Shown here one piece after another: positions 26,363 to 35,053 of a stretch of DNA of 64,000 bases. The DNA is taken from NCBI GenBank assembly GCA_038890615.1, contig JAWAFI010000001.1, positions 342,889 through 406,888 on the forward strand, read 5' to 3'. Under the pieces are notes generated by a model. That model saw only the letters and a program-made list of their open reading frames with translations. It searched no databases and was not told where the DNA came from. A program made the translations under genes and the position numbers. Origin of the DNA: Candidatus Anstonellales archaeon. Lineage in GTDB: Archaea > Micrarchaeota > Micrarchaeia > Anstonellales > J096. Position 1 is the first letter of the stretch, and every line of letters begins with the position of its first letter.

Positions 26363-27313
26363 TCACCCTAAGATATAATTGAAGAAGTATCCAGTAAGTA
26401 CAAACGAAATGAAAAGGCTAACCACAAAGATTGCAAGAAGCTTTGGCTTAAGCACCTTCCGCAGTATTATTATTTCAGGGAGGGAAAGCCCTATAACACT
26501 CATCATGAATGCAAGCGCAGTTCCTATGGCGACCCCTTTTGAAATAAGGACTCCAATTATTGGAATCATGCCTGCTGCGTTTGAGTAAAGGGGTATTCCT
26601 ACAAGCACTGCTAGAGGCACTGCCAGAGGGTTGTCCTTTCCTGCTACTGAAGCAAGGAAGTCACCAGGGGCATAGCCATGTATTATCCCTCCTATTCCAA
26701 TACCAACTAAAAGGTAAGGCAACACCCTCGTTGTTATGTCCTTTGATTCAGAAATTCCAAATCTAACCCTTTCCTTCCAATTCATCTGCTTTTCAACAAC
26801 CTCATTTGCCTTTATCTTGTATACAAAGTCTTCAACTTCGCTTTCAAGGCCCATCCTGCCTATGGCTATCCCCGTAGCTGATGCAATGATAATTCCGCTG
26901 CCTATGTAAAGTGTTGCAATCTCCCATCCAAACATGGCCAGAAGCATTGTTGCTGCAACCTCATTTATCAATGGGGACGCTATCAGGAAAGAAAAGGTTA
27001 CGCCTAGTGGAACCCCTGCCTCTACAAAGCCAATGAAAAGAGGAACTGCGGAGCAGGAGCAAAAAGGTGTAGGTACCCCAAGTAACGCTGCCATCACATT
27101 CCCAATCCCTTCTCTCTTCCCCCCAAGCCATTTCTTCACCTTTTTAGGGGTAATGAAAGTCCTTGCTATGCCTATAAAAAACACAACTGCTGCAAGAAGC
27201 AAGGTCACCTTTATTGAGTCATAAACAAAGAAGTTTATTGCAGAACCAAGGCTGCTTTCTTCTGATAGCCCAAGCAATGAATAGGTTAACCAATCCGCAA
27301 ACTCCTTTATCAT
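26363..27313 (-). CDS. Permease (PF03773-type, ArsP-like) of the ArsR - thioredoxin-like - permease cluster
   Basis: Polytopic membrane protein with the PFCSCSAVP motif typical of this permease family. 4-nt overlap with the upstream thioredoxin-like gene. Confidence 0.8.
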   Translation of the reverse strand: MIKEFADWLTYSLLGLSEESSLGSAINFFVYDSIKVTLLLAAVVFFIGIARTFITPKKVKKWLGGKREGIGNVMAALLGVPTPFCSCSAVPLFIGFVEAGVPLGVTFSFLIASPLINEVAATMLLAMFGWEIATLYIGSGIIIASATGIAIGRMGLESEVEDFVYKIKANEVVEKQMNWKERVRFGISESKDITTRVLPYLLVGIGIGGIIHGYAPGDFLASVAGKDNPLAVPLAVLVGIPLYSNAAGMIPIIGVLISKGVAIGTALAFMMSVIGLSLPEIIILRKVLKPKLLAIFVVSLFISFVLTGYFFNYILG

Positions 27314-27549
27314 TTGGCACCCTCTACTATCCTCCTAAGCTCCTCTACCTCCGGAATACTTCCTTGGCAAACAATTTCACTATCTATCACCAGCGCCGGG
27401 GTTGAAATCACCCCGTATTCTGCGATCTTTTCATAGTCCTGCACCTTCTCTATATCTGCTTTTACTCCTGCAAGGTCAAGAGCTCTCTTTACATTTTCCT
27501 CAAGCATTCTACATCTTTTGCACCCGATTCCCAATACCTTTATTTTCAT
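27310..27549 (-). CDS. Thioredoxin-fold 'redox-active disulfide protein 2'-like small protein
   Basis: MKIKVLGIGCKRCRML (CxxC at the start of helix 1), ~79 aa. AGGTGG Shine-Dalgarno upstream of ATG 27549. Confidence 0.75.
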   Translation of the reverse strand: MKIKVLGIGCKRCRMLEENVKRALDLAGVKADIEKVQDYEKIAEYGVISTPALVIDSEIVCQGSIPEVEELRRIVEGAK

Positions 27550-27550
27550 A

Positions 27551-27793
27551 TTACCACCTAGCAATATCTTTGAGCACATTCAACCCTTTTTTGGATAGGG
27601 AATAAATTCTTCTTGACCCCTCCTCCCTAACCTTTACCAACCCAGCCTCTAGGAGAACTTTTAGATGCTGGGAACAAGCCGGCTGGCTTACCTTAAGGTG
27701 ACTTAGAAGTCTGCATGCGCACTCTTCACCCTTGGCTAGCCTTTTCATTATTTTAAGCCTGTTTATATCAGCAACTGCCTTCAGCACTTTCAT
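27551..27793 (-). CDS. ArsR/SmtB-family transcriptional regulator
   Basis: LKAVADINRLKIMKRL...EECACRLLSHLKVSQPACSQHLKVLLEAGLV is the ArsR wHTH with a metal/redox Cys pair. Confidence 0.85.
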   Translation of the reverse strand: MKVLKAVADINRLKIMKRLAKGEECACRLLSHLKVSQPACSQHLKVLLEAGLVKVREEGSRRIYSLSKKGLNVLKDIARW

Positions 27794-27835
27794 TTAATTC
27801 ATATAAGTATAAACTTATATGTTTTTAAAACTTTG

Positions 27836-28963
27836 TTAATAAAGCGTTTCCTCTATCTTATAGAATTTCTCAGAAATGGGCCCAACAAGGAAGAAGGAGC
27901 CAAAAACAAGCACGCGCTCATGCTCCAATGCTTTTTCTAATGCCTTCCACATGTCTGGCTCTGCAGAGCATCCTAGCTTATCAGCAATCTCGCTAGCAGG
28001 CGTGCATTCCATAGGCCCTGGGAATTCAGTTGCTATTATCTCCTTTGCTTTTTTAGGCATGAAAATATTTTCAACTTTTTTTCCTTTTCTGCATGCGAAC
28101 ACAACTGCCAAGTCCTTTTCCTTGTAGCAGTCAATATGCCTGCTTACCTTTTCCCAGCCTGCAGGATTCTTGGCCACATCAAGTATTATCCCGCCAACCC
28201 TTTCAAACCTGCCATGGAGCTTTGCGCTGGCAATACCCTTTTCGATTGCATCACCCCCAACCCCAATGATTCTGCACAATGCTGATGCAATTGCTGCGTT
28301 ATCCTTCTGCCAAGGCCCTTCCATCCCTATTTTGCCAAAATAAGGGGCAGGCCAGATAACCTTTCCTCGCATTTTCCTTATCTCTTCAAGCGCCTCCCCT
28401 TGCTCAAGGGTTATTGCTGTTATGCCTTCTTTGATTATCCCTGCCTTCTCTTTTGCTACTTCCCTTAAAGTGCTTCCCAATATATCCTCATGATCCATTG
28501 AAACTGATGTAATTGCCACAGCCTTTTGCTTGCTTATTGATGTAGGGTCATGTGCCCCTCCTACACCTGCCTCTACCACTGCATAATCAACCCCTTCATC
28601 TGCGAAGTAGAGATATGCCATAGCTGTGAGATGCTCAAAGAATGAGAGGTTTCCTGCTTGCTTAACTTCCTCAAACAATGAGCAGAACCTCTTTTCCCCA
28701 ATTAGTTTCCTGTTCACGACAATCCTTTCAAGGAGTGTCTGCAAGTGGGGGGACATGAAGAGGCCTGCCTTTAACCCATCTGCCTCCATTGAAGAATGCA
28801 CCATCGCAGCAACAGAGCCCTTCCCATTAGTCCCAACAATATTGACTGCATCAAATTTTTCCTGCGGGTCCCCAAGGTTCTTCAATGCCTTCCTAAACCT
28901 CTCTAAATCTGTGCCCATCTTAGGCATTGAGTAAAGAAAATCTCTTACCTCTTCAAAGCCCAT
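27836..28963 (-). CDS. folC: Folylpolyglutamate synthase / dihydrofolate synthase (Mur-ligase family)
   Basis: P-loop VGTNGKGS, ...YAVVEAGVGG..D, SVSMDHEDILG. Start at ATG 28963 (MGFEEVRDFL). Confidence 0.85.
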   Translation of the reverse strand: MGFEEVRDFLYSMPKMGTDLERFRKALKNLGDPQEKFDAVNIVGTNGKGSVAAMVHSSMEADGLKAGLFMSPHLQTLLERIVVNRKLIGEKRFCSLFEEVKQAGNLSFFEHLTAMAYLYFADEGVDYAVVEAGVGGAHDPTSISKQKAVAITSVSMDHEDILGSTLREVAKEKAGIIKEGITAITLEQGEALEEIRKMRGKVIWPAPYFGKIGMEGPWQKDNAAIASALCRIIGVGGDAIEKGIASAKLHGRFERVGGIILDVAKNPAGWEKVSRHIDCYKEKDLAVVFACRKGKKVENIFMPKKAKEIIATEFPGPMECTPASEIADKLGCSAEPDMWKALEKALEHERVLVFGSFFLVGPISEKFYKIEETLY

Positions 28964-29438
28964 AAAAATCCCTTCGCAATGATGCAATTGCACATATGCC
29001 TGTAATTAGGAGAGCTGCAGCAAGAGGGCATGCTCCACCAGGCCCTTTGCCCTTGTCAATCACATTGTCAACAGACAAGAAGTAGCCGCTGAACCACTCA
29101 TCTCCCCTGAATTGCATGCTGCCGCTTATCCTGCCGCCTGCATAAAATGGGTTTGCCTCATATTCCTCCTTGCCTACAATTATTTTTGATTCCTTTGAGC
29201 GGCTTATGTATTCCCAGTCGCATCCCCTACCATTGACATACTCCTGCGTAGTATAATTTTCTATATTGAGCTTGACAGAGTAGTACTCTATTCGGCGCTT
29301 TTCCCCAAACATACTGTTTATCTTCTGTTGCACATGCTCTACAGAAGCCACTTCAGCAGTTATGCTGCAAATAGGCATTGGAGCAGCAGGAACTGCCCAG
29401 GCGAAGCCCAAGAGCAAAAGGGCAACAGCATATTTCAT
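28953..29438 (-). CDS. Secreted hypothetical protein with C-terminal hydrophobic helix plus basic patch
   Basis: Signal peptide MKYAVALLLLGFAWAVPA; C-terminus GKGPGGACPLAAALLITGICAIASLRRDFYGL. Confidence 0.55.
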   Translation of the reverse strand: MKYAVALLLLGFAWAVPAAPMPICSITAEVASVEHVQQKINSMFGEKRRIEYYSVKLNIENYTTQEYVNGRGCDWEYISRSKESKIIVGKEEYEANPFYAGGRISGSMQFRGDEWFSGYFLSVDNVIDKGKGPGGACPLAAALLITGICAIASLRRDFYGL

Positions 29439-29551
29439 GCCTTTCCTTGTGCATTACCATTTTAAACCCTTACAGAACCTTTAACCCACCATCTAACTTA
29501 ATTCAACCATTAACAGTCAATCTCCAACACATTACCTGTTTTAGGCATACA

Positions 29552-29560
29552 TTTTTAAAC
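29552..29560 (+). promoter_or_regulatory. TATA-like box upstream of 29581 ORF
   Basis: TTTTTAAAC centred ~25 nt upstream of ATG 29581. Confidence 0.35.
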
Positions 29561-29580
29561 AAAATACCACAAACAAAATT

Positions 29581-29952
29581 ATGGGGGAACTTCAGTATAG
29601 GTTAAGAAGAGGGCGACCTATAGACACTGTTAAGCTTCCAATGCCATTGCTTGACAGTGGAGCAGTAGGGAATGAGATATTTGCAAAGAAAGTAGAGAAT
29701 TTGATAGCCAGCAGGGTGATTCCAAGGGAAGATGCAAGGGCTCCATTAATCGCATTGCGAAACAACAACAGGCAGATGGCTCTGGAATCCATAAAGGGGC
29801 TCCTAATGTCCCCTGATCCTGACAAAGTAAGCTCAGGTATAGAACTTGCAAGGGCTTGCAAGGCAACTGAGCTCAGCCACATGATTAAACCACTGGAGAG
29901 AAGCCCTGCCCACGCAGAGAAGGCAAAATTTGCACTCAGGGACCTTTCTTAG
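29581..29952 (+). CDS. Hypothetical protein (123 aa)
   Basis: ORF with a correctly spaced TATA box (leaderless pattern); no motif recognised. Confidence 0.4.
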   Translation: MGELQYRLRRGRPIDTVKLPMPLLDSGAVGNEIFAKKVENLIASRVIPREDARAPLIALRNNNRQMALESIKGLLMSPDPDKVSSGIELARACKATELSHMIKPLERSPAHAEKAKFALRDLS

Positions 29953-29985
29953 CATCCTTTTTAGTAAACTACTTTTAAGGAATGC

Positions 29986-31278
29986 TTAACCTTCTTCTAT
30001 CTCTTCTATGGATTCCTTTAGCTTCCTTTCCTTGTCTGCTATTATTCTAACATTCCCTATATCTTTCCTCCCCCATACTCCGCTTATGCCTTTCTCTGCA
30101 TTGGCTATCTTTGAATATGCTTCCTCAAGAGTATTTCCCTCTGCATAGAGTACTAATGACCTGCCCTTCCCTGAGTAAAGCGCCCTGTTTGCTTCGCTTA
30201 CATTGTGGTGCAGGAGCAAAGCCCCTGACCTTATTATCTCCATCTCATTTATCTTTACCTCCCTTGGCTGGGTTATCTTTGGGAAGCCAACAGGCACATA
30301 TACCTTGGCTATGCTCGCCCTGTTTTTGAATTCCAACTCAAACGGCTCTTCATTCGCCATCCTAACTACAACATCCACCAAGTCCCCATTTATGAGCGAG
30401 AGCGCATTTATTCCATCAGGGACCCAGATTGCAGGCACCATCGTTTCAAACGAAATGTTTTTGCCTACATGCCAGCCAAACTTGGCAACACCCTTGTAGC
30501 CGTGCTCAAGGAGCTTTTTGGATGCCCTCTTGACCGCATCATAAACTTCCTCTTTTTGTGCTTCGCTAAGGAAAAAGAGCTGCTCTGCAGTATAGCTGCC
30601 CATCCCTTTTGTCCCAGGCCCCTGGTTTTCCTCGTAAAGCCTGTTCTCGCTGTAAATTATTGGGGAAAATTTCATGCTCTTCCCGTTGCTGAACCCGTAA
30701 ACCGCGAATGCCTGCCCTGTCTCCCTCCCTCTTAAATAAGCTTCCCCGTGCTTTGATATAACCTTGGCAATAGCCTTCTTTGCTATCGTTGTGCTGTCTT
30801 TCTTGTGGTTCCAAAAGTAGTAGTCAAAGTAGCCCTTCATCTTCACTGGCGATATGAATACAGAACCTATTTCTTTTGCAAAAGAAAGCGCCTCATCAAC
30901 GTCTTTTGTTATTTTATGTGGCAAGTGATGCTTAGTGGAGCTTTCTATTATCTCTGAAAGTTTTTCCCTGTCGGTGCAGCATTCGCACTGCTCTTTTGTT
31001 GCTGTAGCTACCTTTACGCCAACCTTCTCAAGGGCATCTGCAAACCCTGCGCTTATCGATGGCCAGTCTGTGATTATGCTGTACTCTATGCCTTCCTTGA
31101 GAGCCCACAGCGCTGCAGCGCTAGGCGTTATTTTTTCAAATATGAAACTCTTTGTTGCTATCCTCATTGCCCCTGGGTTTGGCCTTCTTGCAAGCACAAA
31201 CACCTCTGCTGTTTTTGCGCATGCCCTTGTCAATACATGAACACTTGCCCCGCCCCTGCCTGCGCACATTATCTTCAT
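29986..31278 (-). CDS. Divergent PurD-like ATP-grasp protein (phosphoribosylamine-glycine ligase family)
   Basis: MKIMCAGRGGASVHVL versus the PurD N-terminus MKVLVIGsGGREHAL; GPGTKGMGSY versus GPNTGGMGAY; C-terminus GKGRSLVLYAEGNTLEEAYSKI...GVWGRKDIG versus GGRVL.v...g.tl.eA......i...g..yRkDIG. Other PurD motifs are poorly conserved. Confidence 0.65.
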   Translation of the reverse strand: MKIMCAGRGGASVHVLTRACAKTAEVFVLARRPNPGAMRIATKSFIFEKITPSAAALWALKEGIEYSIITDWPSISAGFADALEKVGVKVATATKEQCECCTDREKLSEIIESSTKHHLPHKITKDVDEALSFAKEIGSVFISPVKMKGYFDYYFWNHKKDSTTIAKKAIAKVISKHGEAYLRGRETGQAFAVYGFSNGKSMKFSPIIYSENRLYEENQGPGTKGMGSYTAEQLFFLSEAQKEEVYDAVKRASKKLLEHGYKGVAKFGWHVGKNISFETMVPAIWVPDGINALSLINGDLVDVVVRMANEEPFELEFKNRASIAKVYVPVGFPKITQPREVKINEMEIIRSGALLLHHNVSEANRALYSGKGRSLVLYAEGNTLEEAYSKIANAEKGISGVWGRKDIGNVRIIADKERKLKESIEEIEEG

Positions 31279-31368
31279 TTGCCCCCCTCCAGAATTTTTT
31301 CAATGAATCCAATAACCCTGAAAGCTAATGAGCTCCTGCATTCCTTCAATACTTCAAACTTCATTTTC

Positions 31369-32358
31369 TTATTCATAGACAACTGAATAGCCTGATGCAT
31401 TTACTGTTACAATTACTGTGCCTCCTTTGAAGGTCTCATACAACGCTATTCCTTTTGTGTTCAGCTTATTCTCTATGCTGTACCTGCTGTTTGTTGGTTC
31501 GTATGAGGAGCCAGTGATCACTGCCTTCTCAGGCGAAACCTTAAGCAGGAAGATGTCTGTTGCGGCAGTGCCAAACCCAGTGCCGTAGTATGGCACCTCA
31601 AGGACCTTGCAACCTATTTCTTTGTCAAACTTGTTGGCAAGGTATCCCTGTGCCCCTCCAAGTATGTTTCCAGTAAGGAGTATGCACGAGCCCCTGTCCC
31701 TTATTGCCACAACAATGCCATTGTTCTCCTTCTCTTCCTCCTTGGTTGAGAACACAAAGGTGCCGTCTTCTTTCACGTTTGGGTTGTACACAGTTATTTC
31801 CATCCCATTTATGCTGTAAGCCTTGGGGTGCCTTACCTTTTCGTAGATCCTTGCCTTTGCTTTTGCATAAGCTACATTGCCTTCATCGTCCCCTATCCCA
31901 TTTGTCCACATGCTTTCAATTACGAACTTATCAGCAACTGCTTTGAGCTCATCAGTCCTGCCAGCAACGCTGTTGCTAACTATAAGGAGTTCAATGTCAT
32001 CTGCACCTAATGCCTTTATCTTGTCAGCTGTCCCTTCAACCCCAGCGTCAAAAAGTATGTCAACATCACCTTTCTTTATGTATACTGTTTCCCTGTGCCT
32101 GTTGTCATCTGTCTTGAAGAAGTAAACCTTCATTGTGCTTTCAGGGTTGTAAACATAGCCGACAGTGTAATTGCTGCCTTCCACTTCGCCTGAATAATTT
32201 GCCTGCCCCCCTACTGTTGAGTTCTGTTGCTCTCCAAGCGTTATTTCGAACTGGAGGTTTTTCTTTCCACTGCTGCTGCCTCCGCCATCACTTGGTTGCG
32301 AAGTGCAGCCAAACATCGCTGCAGCCAAAATAATTAGCAAGATGAATTGCACCCTCAT
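31369..32358 (-). CDS. Lipoprotein with a ComEC-type metallo-beta-lactamase-fold domain lacking the catalytic residues
   Basis: MRVQFILLIILAAAMFGC lipobox-like. VDILFDAGVEG / LLIVSNSVAGRTDE / CILLTGNILGG / KVLEVPYYGTG align with ComEC MBL motifs (DVGQGD, THPDADHIGG, LLTGD, LKVPHHGS), but His/Asp ligands are replaced. Confidence 0.7.
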   Translation of the reverse strand: MRVQFILLIILAAAMFGCTSQPSDGGGSSSGKKNLQFEITLGEQQNSTVGGQANYSGEVEGSNYTVGYVYNPESTMKVYFFKTDDNRHRETVYIKKGDVDILFDAGVEGTADKIKALGADDIELLIVSNSVAGRTDELKAVADKFVIESMWTNGIGDDEGNVAYAKAKARIYEKVRHPKAYSINGMEITVYNPNVKEDGTFVFSTKEEEKENNGIVVAIRDRGSCILLTGNILGGAQGYLANKFDKEIGCKVLEVPYYGTGFGTAATDIFLLKVSPEKAVITGSSYEPTNSRYSIENKLNTKGIALYETFKGGTVIVTVNASGYSVVYE

Positions 32359-32395
32359 GCATTAAGATGCACTATTAGGTTTAAATACTGAACGG

Positions 32396-33706
32396 TCAGT
32401 TGCCCATCAGGACCTGGTATGCTTTGCTTCCTTTGCTTACATAAACCCCCTTAAGCTTTGGATCAGCCATTCCAACCCAGTCAAGCACTACCCCATCCTT
32501 GCCATCTTCAAGCACAACCTCCCATTCCAGCTCTGAAAATTCCAAGCTCTTTGTGCACCACCCTTGGCCTATTTTGGCATTCCAGAGTATTGCAAGGTCT
32601 TCCTCCCCATAAACCCTTTCTCCCATTGCCATTGCCATCTTTTCATTGCTGCAGCTTCCTTTGTCAAGCTTGCATATCACCAGCCTTATCTTGTCAGCGC
32701 TATCGTTTACTAGAATGGATGTTCCCTCAAAGGCAAACTGATTTTCCCCAACCCTAACAAAGCCCTTGCCCTCTTGGAATTCGCACCCAACAGGGTTTAG
32801 CACAACCCTCTCCCTTTCCTTCCCTAGGCAGAGCTTTGAGGAATGCGTTTCATTGTTGTACTCCAAGCAGGTGGTCAGATAAGTTGAGTTCCCGAATGGA
32901 ATGCTTAGTGGTCTTAGTTTTGCTTCCCCTCCTAAGCCGCTCATTGCAGGTATTGGGTCTTTCATTATTATCCTGACCCCTCCTTCCTCAAGGTCTTCCT
33001 CCCCTGCATACTCCTTTCTATTCAAGGGGTCGCTGATTGCAAAAGTGAATGAAGGCGGCTTGGGCTTTTGCCTCTCTACAGAGGTAGCTTCCACTACAAA
33101 CACCAGCTCATCTTCAGTTGCCTCAAACCTGAAAACAAGCCCGCTTGTCCCAAAAAGCTCAATCTCCTTTCTGTCTTCTACCTCAATGAAGCTGCCATCC
33201 ATATAAACCTCAACCCTTCTCATCCCAGTATCGCTTACAGCCCTCCTTATCCTCCATTTTGAGTCCTTGAAAATCACCCCATCAACAAGCATTATTGAAT
33301 TCCCTTCTGTGCTTTTTAGCACATCAAAGCATCCTTGGGCACACACTGAAAGCAAGGAATATTCCTTGCCAAGGAACATCACATTTATGCATTCCTCTGG
33401 GTATTCAGCATAGTAAACTGCCTCTAACAATGCCCCCCTGCCCCTAATCACTGCAGGCACAAGCCTTATGCCTTGCTTTTCTTTTCCTGAGCACCCTCCT
33501 TCAAGCATGCTCAAGCTCTCCCCATCAAGCTCAACAGGGCTGAATCTGCCTTCATATGCCCTTACCACTACAACGTCCTGCTTTCCTTCTGTTGCGCTTG
33601 TATTTTGGCCAATGCTTCTATTGGCGCTATTCCCATCTTCAGGCTGTACGCATCCCAAAAAAGCCAGCGCAAGACCAAGCGCAACCAAAAGCCATCTCAT
33701 TGGCAT
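32396..33706 (-). CDS. Lipoprotein-like secreted hypothetical protein (~436 aa)
   Basis: MPMRWLLVALGLALAFLGC signal/lipobox-like at the internal ATG 33706; Cys-containing beta-rich body; no family recognised. Confidence 0.6.
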   Translation of the reverse strand: MPMRWLLVALGLALAFLGCVQPEDGNSANRSIGQNTSATEGKQDVVVVRAYEGRFSPVELDGESLSMLEGGCSGKEKQGIRLVPAVIRGRGALLEAVYYAEYPEECINVMFLGKEYSLLSVCAQGCFDVLKSTEGNSIMLVDGVIFKDSKWRIRRAVSDTGMRRVEVYMDGSFIEVEDRKEIELFGTSGLVFRFEATEDELVFVVEATSVERQKPKPPSFTFAISDPLNRKEYAGEEDLEEGGVRIIMKDPIPAMSGLGGEAKLRPLSIPFGNSTYLTTCLEYNNETHSSKLCLGKERERVVLNPVGCEFQEGKGFVRVGENQFAFEGTSILVNDSADKIRLVICKLDKGSCSNEKMAMAMGERVYGEEDLAILWNAKIGQGWCTKSLEFSELEWEVVLEDGKDGVVLDWVGMADPKLKGVYVSKGSKAYQVLMGN

Positions 33707-33775
33707 TAATTCGTGGGCATAATTTAAAAACCTTCCAAACAAAAACCATTTTAAACCAGAAGCGCAACTTTCTCC

Positions 33776-34840
33776 ATGGCTCTCAAAGAGCTTCAAATAA
33801 GGATGCTCCTCTTGGCACTTCTGCTGCTCAGCCCTTTATGGGCAGCCCGCCTTTATGGCTCAATATCAATACCCGAGGGCTCAATGGTGCATAATGCAAC
33901 CCTTCTCATAAAAGGGGAGGGATTCTCCTACCTCTATTCCCTCTACGGAAAGCAAAACTATTCACTTGAGCTTCCAGAGGGCAACTATACCATAACTGCT
34001 GAATTCGTCTCAGCTGATGGCTTGCTGCTCTATTCATTCTCCAACAAGACCTCGCTCTCACAAGACACAAAGCTTGACATCCTCTTTGTGCCCCCAAAAG
34101 AGGAGTTTCCTTATTGGCTTATCATACTTGTATTTTTCCTTATGCTTGTTGCGCTTTTCTTTTTCTACCAGCGCTACCAAGAGGAGCAGTGGAGGTATTA
34201 CCAAGAGGCGCAGAGGCAGAGCCAGCTCGATGCAGAGACGCCTAAATCCCCGGAAGATGAGCCCAAAAAGGCAAAGGAGAGCAAGCCAGCAGCCAAGAAG
34301 GAAGCAAAGGCAAGGAATGCCATTAAAGAGGAAAAGAAGGAGCCAAAGGAAGAGGAGGGCAAGGCACATAAGGAAAAGATTGAAGAAATAAAGAAGGGCC
34401 CAAAGGAAGAGAAAGAGGAAAAGCCAGAGCCCATTGCATCATTTGAGGTTGAGTTTGAAGGCGAGGAAAAGCAGGAAAGGCCAAAGGAGAGCGAGCTGCC
34501 CTCTGATTCTCGTAAGCTCATCCTTGAGCTGAAGCTGCACAGAGGAAGGATGCTGAAGAAGGACCTAAAGAGAATCCTCAAGTACCCTGATTCAACCCTT
34601 GACCTTGTGCTTGCAGAGCTGGAGGATTACGGCTTCATAAAAGTAAGCAAGGAGGGAAAAGAGAAGGTTGTTGCCCTTTCAGGCATTGAAGAGGAAAATA
34701 AGCCAACACAAAGGCCAGCCCCTTCCAAGGAGCCAAAAGCCCAAAGAGCAAAAGCAGGCAAGAGCCGGGAAAGGCTGCCAGTGAAAAAGCCAGCAAAGAA
34801 AAAGCCAAGCAAAAGAAGAAAGGCAAAGCATAAAAAGTAG
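33776..34840 (+). CDS. Membrane-tethered winged-helix protein: signal peptide, CarboxypepD_reg-like domain, TM, K/E-rich linker, wHTH, K-rich tail
   Basis: GSISIPEG...NATLLIKGEG...YSLELPEGNYTITAEF (carboxypeptidase-regulatory-like), TM YWLIILVFFLMLVALFFFY, K/E/P low-complexity linker, then SRKLILELKLHRGRMLKKDLKRILKYPDSTLDLVLAELEDYGFIKV (wHTH) and KKPAKKKPSKRRKAKHKK. Confidence 0.7.
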   Translation: MALKELQIRMLLLALLLLSPLWAARLYGSISIPEGSMVHNATLLIKGEGFSYLYSLYGKQNYSLELPEGNYTITAEFVSADGLLLYSFSNKTSLSQDTKLDILFVPPKEEFPYWLIILVFFLMLVALFFFYQRYQEEQWRYYQEAQRQSQLDAETPKSPEDEPKKAKESKPAAKKEAKARNAIKEEKKEPKEEEGKAHKEKIEEIKKGPKEEKEEKPEPIASFEVEFEGEEKQERPKESELPSDSRKLILELKLHRGRMLKKDLKRILKYPDSTLDLVLAELEDYGFIKVSKEGKEKVVALSGIEEENKPTQRPAPSKEPKAQRAKAGKSRERLPVKKPAKKKPSKRRKAKHKK

Positions 34841-34915
34841 CGGGCTCGGAGGGATTTGAACCCCCGACCTACACCTTAGGAGAGTGCCGCGCTATCCAGG
34901 CTGCGCTACGAGCCC
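34841..34915 (-). tRNA. tRNA-Arg(CCT)
   Basis: Reverse complement: acceptor GGGCTCG/CGAGCCC plus G; D arm GCGC-AGCCTGGAT-AGCGC region; anticodon stem GCACT/GGTGT with loop CTCCTAA; T arm GGGGG-TTCAAAT-CCCTC; 75 nt. Confidence 0.9.
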
Positions 34916-34942
34916 AAAAAAGAGCTTAATTAAGTTAGTTGA

Positions 34943-35053
34943 TTACTCCTCTTCCTCGTCTTCCCACTCTTCCTCCTCTTCTTCAAGCTCTTCCTCCTCT
35001 TCCTCCTCGTCTTCCCAGTCTTCTTCATCTTCGTCATCCAGGTCTGCAAACAT
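34943..35053 (-). CDS. Candidate 36-aa hyper-acidic micro-protein (not in the ORF track)
   Basis: ATG 35053 to TAA 34943 encodes MFADLDDEDEEDWEDEEEEEEELEEEEEEWEDEEEE. GGTGA (35063-35059) lies 5 nt upstream of the ATG, and TTTAAAG/TATTTAAT boxes lie further upstream. It sits between the DUF373 gene and tRNA-Arg on the same strand. Confidence 0.4.
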   Translation of the reverse strand: MFADLDDEDEEDWEDEEEEEEELEEEEEEWEDEEEE

